Source: the human T2T-CHM13v2.0 reference genome, Homo sapiens
Assembly: GCF_009914755.1 (NCBI RefSeq)
Contig: NC_060946.1
Reading direction: 5' to 3' (one strand)
Length of the DNA: 64,000 bases
The notes beneath the pieces are model-generated. The model was not told the origin of the DNA. It searched no databases and saw nothing but the letters and a program-made list of their open reading frames with translations. Of this stretch, positions 11,324 to 26,559 are shown piece after piece. A program made the translations under genes and the position numbers. Numbering within the stretch: position 1 is the stretch's first letter; each line of letters starts with the position of its first letter.

Positions 11324-14300
11324 CTAGGATGTGCCTAAATTAACTTTTTGACATAACCCTGTACTGATCATCCAGGTGATGGGGCTTTTTTCTAGGCTCT
11401 GCCTAAGGGGGCATTGTGACATATTTCTGCATTGATCACCCAGGTGGCGAACTCTTCTCTCGGATCTGCCTATGGGGGCATTGTGAGAAATCTCTGCACT
11501 GATCACCCAGGTGATGTAACTGTTGTGTAACCTCTGCCTACAGGGGAATTGTGAGATATCTCGCCACTGATTACCCAAGTGATGTAACCATTGTCTAGGC
11601 TTTGCGTACAGGGGGCTTTGTGACATACCTTTGCACTGATCACCCAGGTGATGTAACACATCTAACTTCGGCCTAAAGGAGCTTTGTGACACATCTCTGC
11701 ACTGATCACTTAGGTGATGTAACACTTTTATAATCACTGCCTACAGGGAATTTTGACAAATCTCTGCACTGATCACCTAGGTGATGTAACTCTTGTCTAC
11801 CCTCTGTCCAACGGGGCATTGTGAAATATATCTGCACTGAACACCAAGTGATTCAACTCTTGACTAGGAACTGCCTACAGAGGTTATTGTGAAATATCTC
11901 TGCACTGATAAACTAGGTGGTGTAACCCTTGTCCAAGCTCTGCCTACAGGGGCGTTTCCACATATCCCTGAACTGATGACAAAAGTGATGTAACTCTTGC
12001 CTAGGCTTTGCCTGCAGGGGACATTGGACATATATCTGCACTGATCACCCAGGTGATGCAACTCTTGCCTAGGCTTTGCCTTCAGGGGACACTGTGACAT
12101 ATCTCTTCAATGATCACTCATGTGATGCATCTCTTGCCTAGGCTTTGCCAACCGGGGACATTGTGACATATCTCTGCACTGATCTCCCTGGTACTGTAAC
12201 TTTAGTCTAGGCTCTGGCTACACGGCATTGTGACATATCACTGCACTGATCAACCAGGTGATATAACTCTTGTATAGGCTCTGCCTACAGGGGGATTGTG
12301 ACCTACCTCTGCACTGATCACCCAGGTGATATAACTCTTCTCTAGGATCTGCCTACAGGGTGCTTTGTGACATATCCCTTCACTGATCACCCAGGTGACC
12401 TAACTCTGGTCTAAGCTCTGCCTAAAGGGGCATTGTGACAGATCTCTGCACTGATCACTCAGGTGATGTAACTATTGTCTAGGCTCTGCTTAAAGGGGCA
12501 TTGTCACATATCCCTGCGCTGATCACCCAGGTGATGTAACTCTTGTCTAGGATCTGCTTCCAGGGCATATTTTGACATAACTATGCACTGATCACCTTAG
12601 TGATGTAACACTTGTGTAGGCTCGGCCTGCAGAGGAATCTTGACATATCTCTGCACTGTTAAACGAGGTGATTTAACTCTTGTCTAGGCTGTGCCCACAG
12701 GGGGATTGAGACATATCTCTGCACTGATCCCGAGGTGATCCAACTCTTGCCTGGTCTCTGCCTACTGGGGACATTGTGACATATCTCTGCACTGATCTAA
12801 CAGTTTCTGTAAATTTTGTCTAGGCTCTGGCTACAAGGCTTTGTGACCTATCACTGCACTGATCACCCAGGCGATACAACTCTTGTCTACGCTCTGCCTA
12901 CAATGGTCTTGTGACATATCTCTGCACTGATCACCCAGGTGATATAACTCTTCTCTAGGATCTGACCACGGGGTGCTTTGTGACATATCCCTGCAATGAT
13001 CACCCAGGTGATATACCACTTGCCAAGGCTCTGCCTACAGGGGCATTGCAATGTATCTCTGCACTGATCACCTAGGTCTTGTAGCTATTTTCTAGGATCT
13101 GCCTACAGGGTGCTTTTTGACGGGTCCCAGCAAGGATTACCCAGGTGATGTACTTCTCATCAAGGCTCTGCCTACAGGCACATTGCGATATATCTCTGCA
13201 CTGATCACCTAGGTCATGTAACTTTTGTCTAGGCTCTACCTACGATGGTATTGTGACATATCTCTGCACTAATCATCCAAGTGATGTAACACTTGTCTAG
13301 GATGTGCCTAAATTAACTTTTTGACATAACCCTGTACTGATCATCCAGGTGATGGGGCTTTTGTCTAGGCTCTGCCTAAGGGGGCATTGTGACATATTTC
13401 TGCATTGATCACCCAGGTGGCGAACTCTTCTCTCGTATCTGCCTATGGGGGCATTGTGAGAAATCTCTGCACTGATCACCCAGGTGATGTAACTGTTGTG
13501 TAACCTCTGCCTACAGGGGAATTGTGAGAGATCTCGCCACTGATTACCCAAGTGATGCAACCATTGTCTAGGCTTTGCGTACAGGGGGCTTTGTGACATA
13601 CCTTTGCACTGATCACCCAGGTGATGTAACACATCTAAGTTCGGCCTAAAGGAGCTTTGTGACACATCTCTGCACTGATCACTTAGGTGATGTAACACTT
13701 TTATAATGACTGCCTACAGGGAATTTTGACAAATCTCTGCACTGATCACCTACGTGATGTAACTCTTGTCTACCCTCTGTCCAACGGGGCATTGTGAAAT
13801 ATCTCTGCACTGAACACACAAGTGATTCAACTCTTGACTAGGAACTGCCTACAGAGGTTATTGTGAAATATCTCTGCACTGATAAACTAGGTTGTGTAAC
13901 CCTTGTCCAAGCTCTGCCTACAGGGGCGTTTCCACATATCCCTGAACTGATGACAAAGGTGATGTAACTCTTGCCTAGGCTTTGCCTACAGGGGACATTG
14001 GACATATATCTGCACTGATCACCCAGGTGATGCAACTCTTGCCTAGGCTTTGCCTACAGGGGACACTGTGACATATCTCTTCAATGATCACTCATGTGAT
14101 GCATCTCTTGCCTAGGCTTTGCCAACAGGGGACATTGTGACATATCTCTGCACTGATCTCCCTGGTACTGTAACTTTAGTCTAGGCTCTGGCTACACGGC
14201 ATTGTGACATATCACTGCACTGATCAACCAGGTGATATAACTCATGTATAGGCTCTGCCTACAGGGGGATTGTGACCTACCTCTGCACTGATCACCCAGG

Positions 14301-17300
14301 TGATATAACTCTTCTCTAGGATCTGCCTACAGGGTGCTTTGTGACATATCCCTGCACTGATCACCCAGGTGACCTAACTCTGGTCTAAGCTCTGCCTAAA
14401 GGGGCATTGTGACAGATCTCTGCACTGATCACTCAGGTGATGTAACTATTGTCTAGGCTCTGCTTAAAGGGGCCTTGTCACATATCCCTGCACTGATCAC
14501 CCAGGTGATGTAACTCTTGTCTAGGCTCTGCTTCCAGGGCATATTGTGACATAACTATGCACTGATCACCTTAGTGATGTAACACTTGTGTAGGCTCGGC
14601 CTACAGAGGAATCTTGACATATCTCTGCACTGTTAAACGAGGTGATTTAACTCTTGTCTAGGCTGTGCCCACAGGGGGATTGAGACATATCTCTGCACTG
14701 ATCCCGAGGTGATCCAACTCTTGCCTGGTCTCTGCCTACTGGGGACATTGTGACATATCTCTGCACTGATCTAACAGTTTCTGTAAATTTTGTCTAGGCT
14801 CTGGCTACAAGGCTTTGTGACCTATCACTGCACTGATAACCCAGGCGATACAACTCCTGTCTAGGCTCTGCCTACAATGGTCTTGTGACATATCTCTGCA
14901 CTGATCACCCAGGTGATATAACTCTTCTCTAGGATCTGACCACGGGGTGCTTTGTGACATATCCCTGAAATGATCACCCAGGTGATATACCACTTGCCAA
15001 GGCTCTGCCTACAGGGGCATTGCAATGTATCTCTGCACTGATCACCTAGGTCTTGTAGCTATTTTCTAGGATCTGCCTACAGGGTGCTTTTTGACGGGTC
15101 CCAGCAAGGATTACCCAGGTGATGTACCTCTCATCAAGGCTCTGCCTACAGGCACATTGTGATATATCTCTGCACTGATCACCTAGGTCATGTAACTTTT
15201 GTCTAGGCTCTACCTACGATGGTATTGTGACATATCTCTGCACTAATCATCCAAGTGATGTAACACTTGTCTAGGATGTGCCTAAATTAACTTTTTGACA
15301 TAACCCTGTACTGATCATCCAGGTGATGGGGCTTTTGTCTAGGCTCTGCCTAAGGGTTCATTGTGACATATTTCTGCATGATCACCCAGGTGGCGAACAC
15401 TTCTCTCGGATCTGCCAATGGGGGCATTGTGAGAAATCTCTGTACTGATCACCCAGGTGATGTAACTGTTGTGTAACCTCTGCCTAAAGGGGAATTGTGA
15501 GAGATCTCGCCACTGATTACCCAAGTGATGTAACCATTGTCTAGGCTTTGCGTACAGGGGTCTTTGTGACATAACTTTGCACTGATCACCCAGGTGATGT
15601 AACACATCTACGTACGGCCTAAAGGAGCTTTGTGACACATCTCTGTACTGATCACTTAGGTGATGTAACACTTTTATAATCACTGCTACAGGGAATTTTG
15701 ACAAATCTCTGCACTGATCACCTAGGTGATGTAACCCTTGTCTACCCTCTGTCCAACGGGGCATTGTGAAATATCTCAGCACTGAACACCCAGGTGATTC
15801 AACTCTTGACTAGGAACTGCCTACAGAGGTTATTGTGAAATATCTCTGCACTGATAAACTAGGTGGTGTAACCCTTGTCCAAGCTCTGCCTACAGGGGCG
15901 TTTCCACATATCCCTGAACTGATGACAAAGGTGATGTAACTCTTGCCTAGGCTTTGCCTACAGGGGCATTGGACATATATCTGCACTGATCACCCAGGTG
16001 ATGCAACTCTTGCCTAGGCTTTGCCTACAGGGGACACTGTGACATATCTCTTCAATGATCACTCATGTGATGCATCTCTTGCCTAGGCTTTGCCAACAGG
16101 GGACATTGTGACATATCTCTGCACTGATCTCCCTGGTACTGTAACTTTAGTCTAGGCTCTGGCTACTCGGCATTGTGACATATCACTGCACTGATCAACC
16201 AGGTGATATAACTCTTGTATAGGCTCTGCCTACAGGGGGATTGTGACCTACCTCTGCACTGATCATCCAGGTGATATAACTCTTCTCTAGGATCTGCCTA
16301 CAGGGTGCTTTGTGACATATCCCTGCACTGATCACCCAGGTGACCTAACTCTGGTCTAAGCTCTGCCTAAAGGGGCATTGTGACAGATCTCTGCACTGAT
16401 CACTCAGGTGATGTAACTATTGTCTAGGCTCTGCTTAAAGGGGCCTTGTCACATATCCCTGCACTGATCACCCAGGTGATGTAACTCTTGTCTAGGCTCT
16501 GCTTCCAGGGCATATTGTGACATAACTATGCACTGATCACCTTAGTGATGTAACACTTGTGTAGGCTCGGCCTACAGAGGAATCTTGACATATCTCTGCA
16601 CTGTTAAACGAGGTGATTTAACTCTTGTCTAGGCTGTGCCCACAGGGGGATTGAGACATATCTCTGCACTGATCCCGAGGTGATCCAACTCTTGCCTGGT
16701 CTCTGCCTACTGGGAACATTGTGACATATCTCTGCACTGATCTCCCAGGTGCTGTAAATTTTGTCTAGGCTCTGGCTACACGGCATTGTGAGTTATCACT
16801 GCACTGATCACCCAGGCGATACAACTCTTGTCTAGGCTCTGCCTACAATGGTCTTGTGACATATCTCTGCACTGATCACCCAGGTGATATAACTCTTCTC
16901 TAGGGTCTGACCACGGGGTGCTTTGTGACATATCCCTGCAATGATCACCCAGGTGATATACCACTTGCCAAGGCTCTGCTTACAGGGGCATTGCAATGTA
17001 TCTCTGCACTGATCACCTAGGTCTTGTAGCTATTTTCTAGGATCTGCCTACAGGGTGCTTTGTGACGGGTCCCAGCAAGGATTACCCAGGTGATGTACCT
17101 CTCATCAAGGCTCTGCCTACAGGCACATTGCGATATATCTCTGCACTGATCACCTAGGTCATGTAACTTTTGTCTAGGCTCTACCTACGATGGTATTGTG
17201 ACATATCTCTGCACTAATCATCCAAGTGATGTAACACTTGTCTAGGATGTGCCTAAATTAACTTTTTGTCATAACCCTGTACTGATCATCCAGGTGATGG

Positions 17301-20300
17301 GGCTTTTGTCTAGGCTCTGCCTAAGGGGGCATTGTTACATATTTCTGCATTGATCACCCAGGTGGCGAACTCTTCTCTCGGATCTGCCTATGGGGGCATT
17401 GTGAGAAATCTCTGCACTGATCACCCAGGTGATGTAACTGTTGTGTAACCTCTGCCTACAGGGGAATTGTGAGAGATCTCGCCACTGATTACCCAAGTGA
17501 TGTAACCATTGTCTAGGCTTTGCGTACAGGGGTCTTTGTGACATACCTTTGCACTGATCACCCAGGTGATGTAACACATCTAAGTTCGGCCTAAAGGAGC
17601 TTTGTGACACATCTCTGCACTGATCACTTAGGTGATGTAACACTTTTATAATCACTGCCTACAGGGAATTTTGACAAATCTCTGCACTGATCACCTAGGT
17701 GATGTAACTCTAGTCTACCCTCTGTCCAACGGGGCATTGTGAAATATCTCAGCACTGAACACCCAGGTGATTCAACTCTTGACTAGGAACTGCCTACAGA
17801 GGTTATTGTGAAATATCTCTGTACTGATAAACTAGGTTGTGTAACCCTTGTCCAAGCTCTGCCTACAGGGGCGTTTCCACATATCCCTGAACTGATGACA
17901 AAGGTGATGTAACTCTTGCCTAGGCTTTGCCTACAGGGGACATTGGACATATATCTGCACTGATCACCCAGGTGATGCAACTCTTGCCTAGGCTTTGCCT
18001 ACAGGGGACACTGTGACATATCTCTTCAATGATCACTCATGTGATGCATCTCTTGCCTAGGCTTTGCCAACAGGGGACATTGTGACATATCTCTGCACTG
18101 ATCTCCCTGGTACTGTAACTTTAGTCTAGGCTCTGGCTACACGGCATTGTGACATATCACTGCACTGATCAACCAGGTGATATAACTCTTGTATAGGCTC
18201 TGCCTACAGGGGGATTGTGACCTACCTCTGCACTGATCTCCCAGGTGATATAACTCTTCTCTAGGATCTGCCTACAGGGTGCTCTGTGACATATCCCTGC
18301 ACTGATCACCCAGGTGACCTAACTCTGGTCTAAGCTCTGCCTAAAGGGGCATTGTGACAGATCTCTGCACTGATCACTCAGGTGATGTAACTATTGTCTA
18401 GGCTCTGCTTAAAGGGGCCTTGTCACATATCACTGCACTGATCACCCAGGTGATGTAACTCTTGTCTAGGCTCTGCTTCCAGGGCATATTGTGACATAAC
18501 TATGCACTGATCACCTTAGTGATGTAACACTTGTGTAGGCTCGGCCTACAGAGGAATCTTGACATATCTCTGCACTGTTAAACGAGGTGATTTAACTCTT
18601 GTCTAGGCTGTGCCCACAGGGGGATTGAGACATATCTCTGCACTGATCCCGAGGTGATCCAACTCTTGCCTGGTCTCTGCCTACTGGGGACATTGTGACA
18701 TATCTCTGCACTGATCTCCCAGGTGCTGTAAATTTTGTCTAGGCTCTGGCTACACGGCATTGTGACTTATCACTGCACCGATCACCCAGGCGATACAACT
18801 CTTGTCTGGGCTCTGCCTACAATGGTCTTGTGACATATCTCTGCACTGATCACCCAGGTGATATAACTCTTCTCTAGGACCTGACCACGGGGTGCTTTGT
18901 GACATATCCCTGCAATGATCACCCAGGTGATATACCACTTGCCAAGGCTCTGCTTACAGGGGCATTGCAATGTATCTCTGCATTGATCACCTAGGTCTTG
19001 TAGCTATTTTCTAGGATCTGCCTACAGGGTGCTTTGTGACGGGTCCCAGGAAGGATTACCCAGGTGATGTACCTCTCATCAAGGCTCTGCCTACAGGCAC
19101 ATTGCGATATATCTCTGCACTGATCACCTAGGTCATGTAACTTTTGTCTAGGCTCTACCTACGATGGCATTGTGACATATCTCTGCACTAATCATCCAAT
19201 TGATGTAACACTTGTCTAGGATGTGCCTAAATTAACTTTTTGACATAACCCTGTACTGATCATCCAGGTGATGGGGCTTTTTTCTAGGCTCTGCCTAAGG
19301 GGGCATTGTGACATATTTCTGCATTGATCACCCAGGTGGCGAACTCTTCTCTCGGATCTGCCTATGGGGGCATTGTGAGAAATCTCTGCACTGATCACCC
19401 AGGTGATGTAACTGTTGTGTAACCTCTGCCTACAGGGGAATTGTGAGATATCTCGCCACTGATTACCCAAGTGATGTAACCATTGTCTAGGCTTTGCGTA
19501 CAGGGGGCTTTGTGACATACCTTTGCACTGATCACCCAGGTGATGTAACACATCTAACTTCGGCCTAAAGGAGCTTTGTGACACATCTCTGCACTGATCA
19601 CTTAGGTGATGTAACACTTTTATAATCACTGCCTACAGGGAATTTTGACAAATCTCTGCACTGATCACCTAGGTGATGTAACTCTTGTCTACCCTCTGTC
19701 CAACGGGGCATTGTGAAATATATCTGCACTGAACACCGAGTGATTCAACTCTTGACTAGGAACTGCCTACAGAGGTTATTGTGAAATATCTCTGCACTGA
19801 TAAACTAGGTGGTGTAACCCTTGTCCAAGCTCTGCCTACAGGGGCGTTTCCACATATCCCTGAACTGATGACAAAAGTGATGTAACTCTTGCCTAGGCTT
19901 TGCCTGCAGGGGACATTGGACATATATCTGCACTGATCACCCAGGTGATGCAACTCTTGCCTAGGCTTTGCCTACAGGGGACACTGTGACATATCTCTTC
20001 AATGATCACTCATGTGATGCATCTCTTGCCTAGGCTTTGCCAACCGGGGACATTGTGACATATCTCTGCACTGATCTCCCTGGTACTGTAACTTTAGTCT
20101 AGGCTCTGGCTACACGGCATTGTGACATATCACTGCACTGATCAACCAGGTGATATAACTCTTGTATAGGCTCTGCCTACAGGGGGATTGTGACCTACCT
20201 CTGCACTGATCACCCAGGTGATATAACTCTTCTCTAGGATCTGCCTACAGGGTGCTTTGTGACATATCCCTTCACTGATCACCCAGGTGACCTAACTCTG

Positions 20301-23300
20301 GTCTAAGCTCTGCCTAAAGGGGCATTGTGACAGATCTCTGCACTGATCACTCAGGTGATGTAACTATTGTCTAGGCTCTGCTTAAAGGGGCATTGTCACA
20401 TATCCCTGCGCTGATCACCCAGGTGATGTAACTCTTGTCTAGGATCTCCTTCCAGGGCATATTTTGACATAACTATGCACTGATCACCTTAGTGATGTAA
20501 CACTTGTGTAGGCTCGGCCTGCAGAGGAATCTTGACATATCTCTGCACTGTTAAACGAGGTGATTTAACTCTTGTCTAGGCTGTGCCCACAGGGGGATTG
20601 AGACATATCTCTGCACTGATCCCGAGGTGATCCAACTCTTGCCTGGTCTCTGCCTACTGGGGACATTGTGACATATCTCTGCACTGATCTAACAGTTTCT
20701 GTAAATTTTGTCTAGGCTCTGGCTACAAGGCTTTGTGACCTATCACTGCACTGATCACCCAGGCGATACAACTCTTGTCTACGCTCTGCCTACAATGGTC
20801 TTGTGACATATCTCTGCACTGATCACCCAGGTGATATAACTCTTCTCTAGGATCTGACCACGGGGTGCTTTGTGACATATCCCTGCAATGATCACCCAGG
20901 TGATATACCACTTGCCAAGGCTCTGCCTACAGGGGCATTGCAATGTATCTCTGCACTGATCACCTAGGTCTTGTAGCTATTTTCTAGGATCTGCCTACAG
21001 GGTGCTTTTTGACGGGTCCCAGCAAGGATTACCCAGGTGATGTACTTCTCATCAAGGCTCTGCCTACAGGCACATTGCGATATATCTCTGCACTGATCAC
21101 CTAGGTCATGTAACTTTTGTCTAGGCTCTACCTACGATGGTATTGTGACATATCTCTGCACTAATCATCCAAGTGATGTAACACTTGTCTAGGATGTGCC
21201 TAAATTAACTTTTTGACATAACCCTGTACTGATCATCCAGGTGATGGGGCTTTTGTCTAGGCTCTGCCTAAGGGGGCATTGTGACATATTTCTGCATTGA
21301 TCACCCAGGTGGCGAACTCTTCTCTCGTATCTGCCTATGGGGGCATTGTGAGAAATCTCTGCACTGATCACCCAGGTGATGTAACTGTTGTGTAACCTCT
21401 GCCTACAGGGGAATTGTGAGAGATCTCGCCACTGATTACCCAAGTGATGCAACCATTGTCTAGGCTTTGCGTACAGGGGGCTTTGTGACATACCTTTGCA
21501 CTGATCACCCAGGTGATGTAACACATCTAAGTTCGGCCTAAAGGAGCTTTGTGACACATCTCTGCACTGATCACTTAGGTGATGTAACACTTTTATAATG
21601 ACTGCCTACAGGGAATTTTGACAAATCTCTGCACTGATCACCTACGTGATGTAACTCTTGTCTACCCTCTGTCCAACGGGGCATTGTGAAATATCTCTGC
21701 ACTGAACACACAAGTGATTCAACTCTTGACTAGGAACTGCCTACAGAGGTTATTGTGAAATATCTCTGCACTGATAAACTAGGTTGTGTAACCCTTGTCC
21801 AAGCTCTGCCTACAGGGGCGTTTCCACATATCCTTGAACTGATGACAAAGGTGATGTAACTCTTGCCTAGGCTTTGCCTACAGGGGACATTGGACATATA
21901 TCTGCACTGATCACCCAGGTGATGCAACTCTTGCCTAGGCTTTGCCTACAGGGGACACTGTGACATATCTCTTCAATGATCACTCATGTGATGCATCTCT
22001 TGCCTAGGCTTTGCCAACAGGGGACATTGTGACATATCTCTGCACTGATCTCCCTGGTACTGTAACTTTAGTCTAGGCTCTGGCTACACGGCATTGTGAC
22101 ATATCACTGCACTGATCAACCAGGTGATATAACTCATGTATAGGCTCTGCCTACAGGGGGATTGTGACCTACCTCTGCACTGATCACCCAGGTGATATAA
22201 CTCTTCTCTAGGATCTGCCTACAGGGTGCTTTGTGACATATCCCTGCACTGATCACCCAGGTGACCTAACTCTGGTCTAAGCTCTGCCTAAAGGGGCATT
22301 GTGACAGATCTCTGCACTGATCACTCAGGTGATGTAACTATTGTCTAGGCTCTGCTTAAAGGGGCCTTGTCACATATCCCTGCACTGATCACCCAGGTGA
22401 TGTAACTCTTGTCTAGGCTCTGCTTCCAGGGCATATTGTGACATAACTATGCACTGATCACCTTAGTGATGTAACACTTGTGTAGGCTCGGCCTACAGAG
22501 GAATCTTGACATATCTCTGCACTGTTAAACGAGGTGATTTAACTCTTGTCTAGGCTGTGCCCACAGGGGGATTGAGACATATCTCTGCACTGATCCCGAG
22601 GTGATCCAACTCTTGCCTGGTCTCTGCCTACTGGGGACATTGTGACATATCTCTGCACTGATCTAACAGTTTCTGTAAATTTTGTCTAGGCTCTGGCTAC
22701 AAGGCTTTGTGACCTATCACTGCACTGATAACCCAGGCGATACAACTCCTGTCTAGGCTCTGCCTACAATGGTCTTGTGACATATCTCTGCACTGATCAC
22801 CCAGGTGATATAACTCTTCTCTAGGATCTGACCACGGGGTGCTTTGTGACATATCCCTGAAATGATCACCCAGGTGATATACCACTTGCCAAGGCTCTGC
22901 CTACAGGGGCATTGCAATGTATCTCTGCACTGATCACCTAGGTCTTGTAGCTATTTTCTAGGATCTGCCTACAGGGTGCTTTTTGACGGGTCCCAGCAAG
23001 GATTACCCAGGTGATGTACCTCTCATCAAGGCTCTGCCTACAGGCACATTGTGATATATCTCTGCACTGATCACCTAGGTCATGTAACTTTTGTCTAGGC
23101 TCTACCTACGATGGTATTGTGACATATCTCTGCACTAATCATCCAAGTGATGTAACACTTGTCTAGGATGTGCCTAAATTAACTTTTTGACATAACCCTG
23201 TACTGATCATCCAGGTGATGGGGCTTTTGTCTAGGCTCTGCCTAAGGGTTCATTGTGACATATTTCTGCATGATCACCCAGGTGGCGAACACTTCTCTCG

Positions 23301-25900
23301 GATCTGCCAATGGGGGCATTGTGAGAAATCTCTGTACTGATCACCCAGGTGATGTAACTGTTGTGTAACCTCTGCCTAAAGGGGAATTGTGAGAGATCTC
23401 GCCACTGATTACCCAAGTGATGTAACCATTGTCTAGGCTTTGCGTACAGGGGTCTTTGTGACATAACTTTGCACTGATCACCCAGGTGATGTAACACATC
23501 TACGTACGGCCTAAAGGAGCTTTGTGACACATCTCTGTACTGATCACTTAGGTGATGTAACACTTTTATAATCACTGCTACAGGGAATTTTGACAAATCT
23601 CTGCACTGATCACCTAGGTGATGTAACCCTTGTCTACCCTCTGTCCAACGGGGCATTGTGAAATATCTCAGCACTGAACACCCAGGTGATTCAACTCTTG
23701 ACTAGGAACTGCCTACAGAGGTTATTGTGAAATATCTCTGCACTGATAAACTAGGTGGTGTAACCCTTGTCCAAGCTCTGCCTACAGGGGCGTTTCCACA
23801 TATCCCTGAACTGATGACAAAGGTGATGTAACTCTTGCCTAGGCTTTGCCTACAGGGGCATTGGACATATATCTGCACTGATCACCCAGGTGATGCAACT
23901 CTTGCCTAGGCTTTGCCTACAGGGGACACTGTGACATATCTCTTCAATGATCACTCATGTGATGCATCTCTTGCCTAGGCTTTGCCAACAGGGGACATTG
24001 TGACATATCTCTGCACTGATCTCCCTGGTACTGTAACTTTAGTCTAGGCTCTGGCTACTCGGCATTGTGACATATCACTGCACTGATCAACCAGGTGATA
24101 TAACTCTTGTATAGGCTCTGCCTACAGGGGGATTGTGACCTACCTCTGCACTGATCATCCAGGTGATATAACTCTTCTCTAGGATCTGCCTACAGGGTGC
24201 TTTGTGACATATCCCTGCACTGATCACCCAGGTGACCTAACTCTGGTCTAAGCTCTGCCTAAAGGGGCATTGTGACAGATCTCTGCACTGATCACTCAGG
24301 TGATGTAACTATTGTCTAGGCTCTGCTTAAAGGGGCCTTGTCACATATCCCTGCACTGATCACCCAGGTGATGTAACTCTTGTCTAGGCTCTGCTTCCAG
24401 GGCATATTGTGACATAACTATGCACTGATCACCTTAGTGATGTAACACTTGTGTAGGCTCGGCCTACAGAGGAATCTTGACATATCTCTGCACTGTTAAA
24501 CGAGGTGATTTAACTCTTGTCTAGGCTGTGCCCACAGGGGGATTGAGACATATCTCTGCACTGATCCCGAGGTGATCCAACTCTTGCCTGGTCTCTGCCT
24601 ACTGGGAACATTGTGACATATCTCTGCACTGATCTCCCAGGTGCTGTAAATTTTGTCTAGGCTCTGGCTACACGGCATTGTGAGTTATCACTGCACTGAT
24701 CACCCAGGCGATACAACTCTTGTCTAGGCTCTGCCTACAATGGTCTTGTGACATATCTCTGCACTGATCACCCAGGTGATATAACTCTTCTCTAGGGTCT
24801 GACCACGGGGTGCTTTGTGACATATCCCTGCAATGATCACCCAGGTGATATACCACTTGCCAAGGCTCTGCTTACAGGGGCATTGCAATGTATCTCTGCA
24901 CTGATCACCTAGGTCTTGTAGCTATTTTCTAGGATCTGCCTACAGGGTGCTTTGTGACGGGTCCCAGCAAGGATTACCCAGGTGATGTACCTCTCATCAA
25001 GGCTCTGCCTACAGGCACATTGCGATATATCTCTGCACTGATCACCTAGGTCATGTAACTTTTGTCTAGGCTCTACCTACGATGGTATTGTGACATATCT
25101 CTGCACTAATCATCCAAGTGATGTAACACTTGTCTAGGATGTGCCTAAATTAACTTTTTGTCATAACCCTGTACTGATCATCCAGGTGATGGGGCTTTTG
25201 TCTAGGCTCTGCCTAAGGGGGCATTGTTACATATTTCTGCATTGATCACCCAGGTGGCGAACTCTTCTCTCGGATCTGCCTATGGGGGCATTGTGAGAAA
25301 TCTCTGCACTGATCACCCAGGTGATGTAACTGTTGTGTAACCTCTGCCTACAGGGGAATTGTGAGAGATCTCGCCACTGATTACCCAAGTGATGTAACCA
25401 TTGTCTAGGCTTTGCGTACAGGGGTCTTTGTGACATACCTTTGCACTGATCACCCAGGTGATGTAACACATCTAAGTTCGGCCTAAAGGAGCTTTGTGAC
25501 ACATCTCTGCACTGATCACTTAGGTGATGTAACACTTTTATAATCACTGCCTACAGGGAATTTTGACAAATCTCTGCACTGATCACCTAGGTGATGTAAC
25601 TCTAGTCTACCCTCTGTCCAACGGGGCATTGTGAAATATCTCAGCACTGAACACCCAGGTGATTCAACTCTTGACTAGGAACTGCCTACAGAGGTTATTG
25701 TGAAATATCTCTGTACTGATAAACTAGGTTGTGTAACCCTTGTCCAAGCTCTGCCTACAGGGGCGTTTCCACATATCCCTGAACTGATGACAAAGGTGAT
25801 GTAACTCTTGCCTAGGCTTTGCCTACAGGGGACATTGGACATATATCTGCACTGATCACCCAGGTGATGCAACTCTTGCCTAGGCTTTGCCTACAGGGGA
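10100..25900. repeat. Tandem duplication of a 4-HOR block, period 7892 bp
   Basis: Private variants and ORF translations recur at +7892: 10686/18578, 11324/19216, 13297/21189, 15339/23231, 17335/25227 and 17783/25675. The HOR length series 1973, 1974, 1971, 1974 also repeats. Confidence 0.92.
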
Positions 25901-26559
25901 CACTGTGACATATCTCTTCAATGATCACTCATGTGATGCATCTCTTGCCTAGGCTTTGCCAACAGGGGACATTGTGACATATCTCTGCACTGATCTCCCT
26001 GGTACTGTAACTTTAGTCTAGGCTCTGGCTACACGGCATTGTGACATATCACTGCACTGATCAACCAGGTGATATAACTCTTGTATAGGCTCTGCCTACA
26101 GGGGGATTGTGACCTACCTCTGCACTGATCACCCAGGTGATATAACTCTTCTCTAGGATCTGCCTACAGGGTGCTTTGTGACATATCCCTGCACTGATCA
26201 CCCAGGTTACTTAACTCTGGTCTAAGCTCTGCCTAAAGGGGCATTGTGACAGATCTCTGCACTGATCATTCAGGTGATGTAACTATTGTCTAGGCTCTGC
26301 TTAAAGGGGCCTTGTCACATATCCCTGCACTGATCACCCAGGTGATGTAACTCTTGTCTAGGCTCTGCTTCCAGGGCATATTGTGACATAACTATGCACT
26401 GATCACCTTAGTGATGTAACACTTGTGTAGGCTCGGCCTACAGAGGAATCTTGACATATCTCTGCACTGTTAAACGAGGTGATTTAACTCTTGTCTAGGC
26501 TGTGCCCACAGGGGGATTGAGACATATCTCTGCACTGATCCCGAGGTGATCCAACTCTT

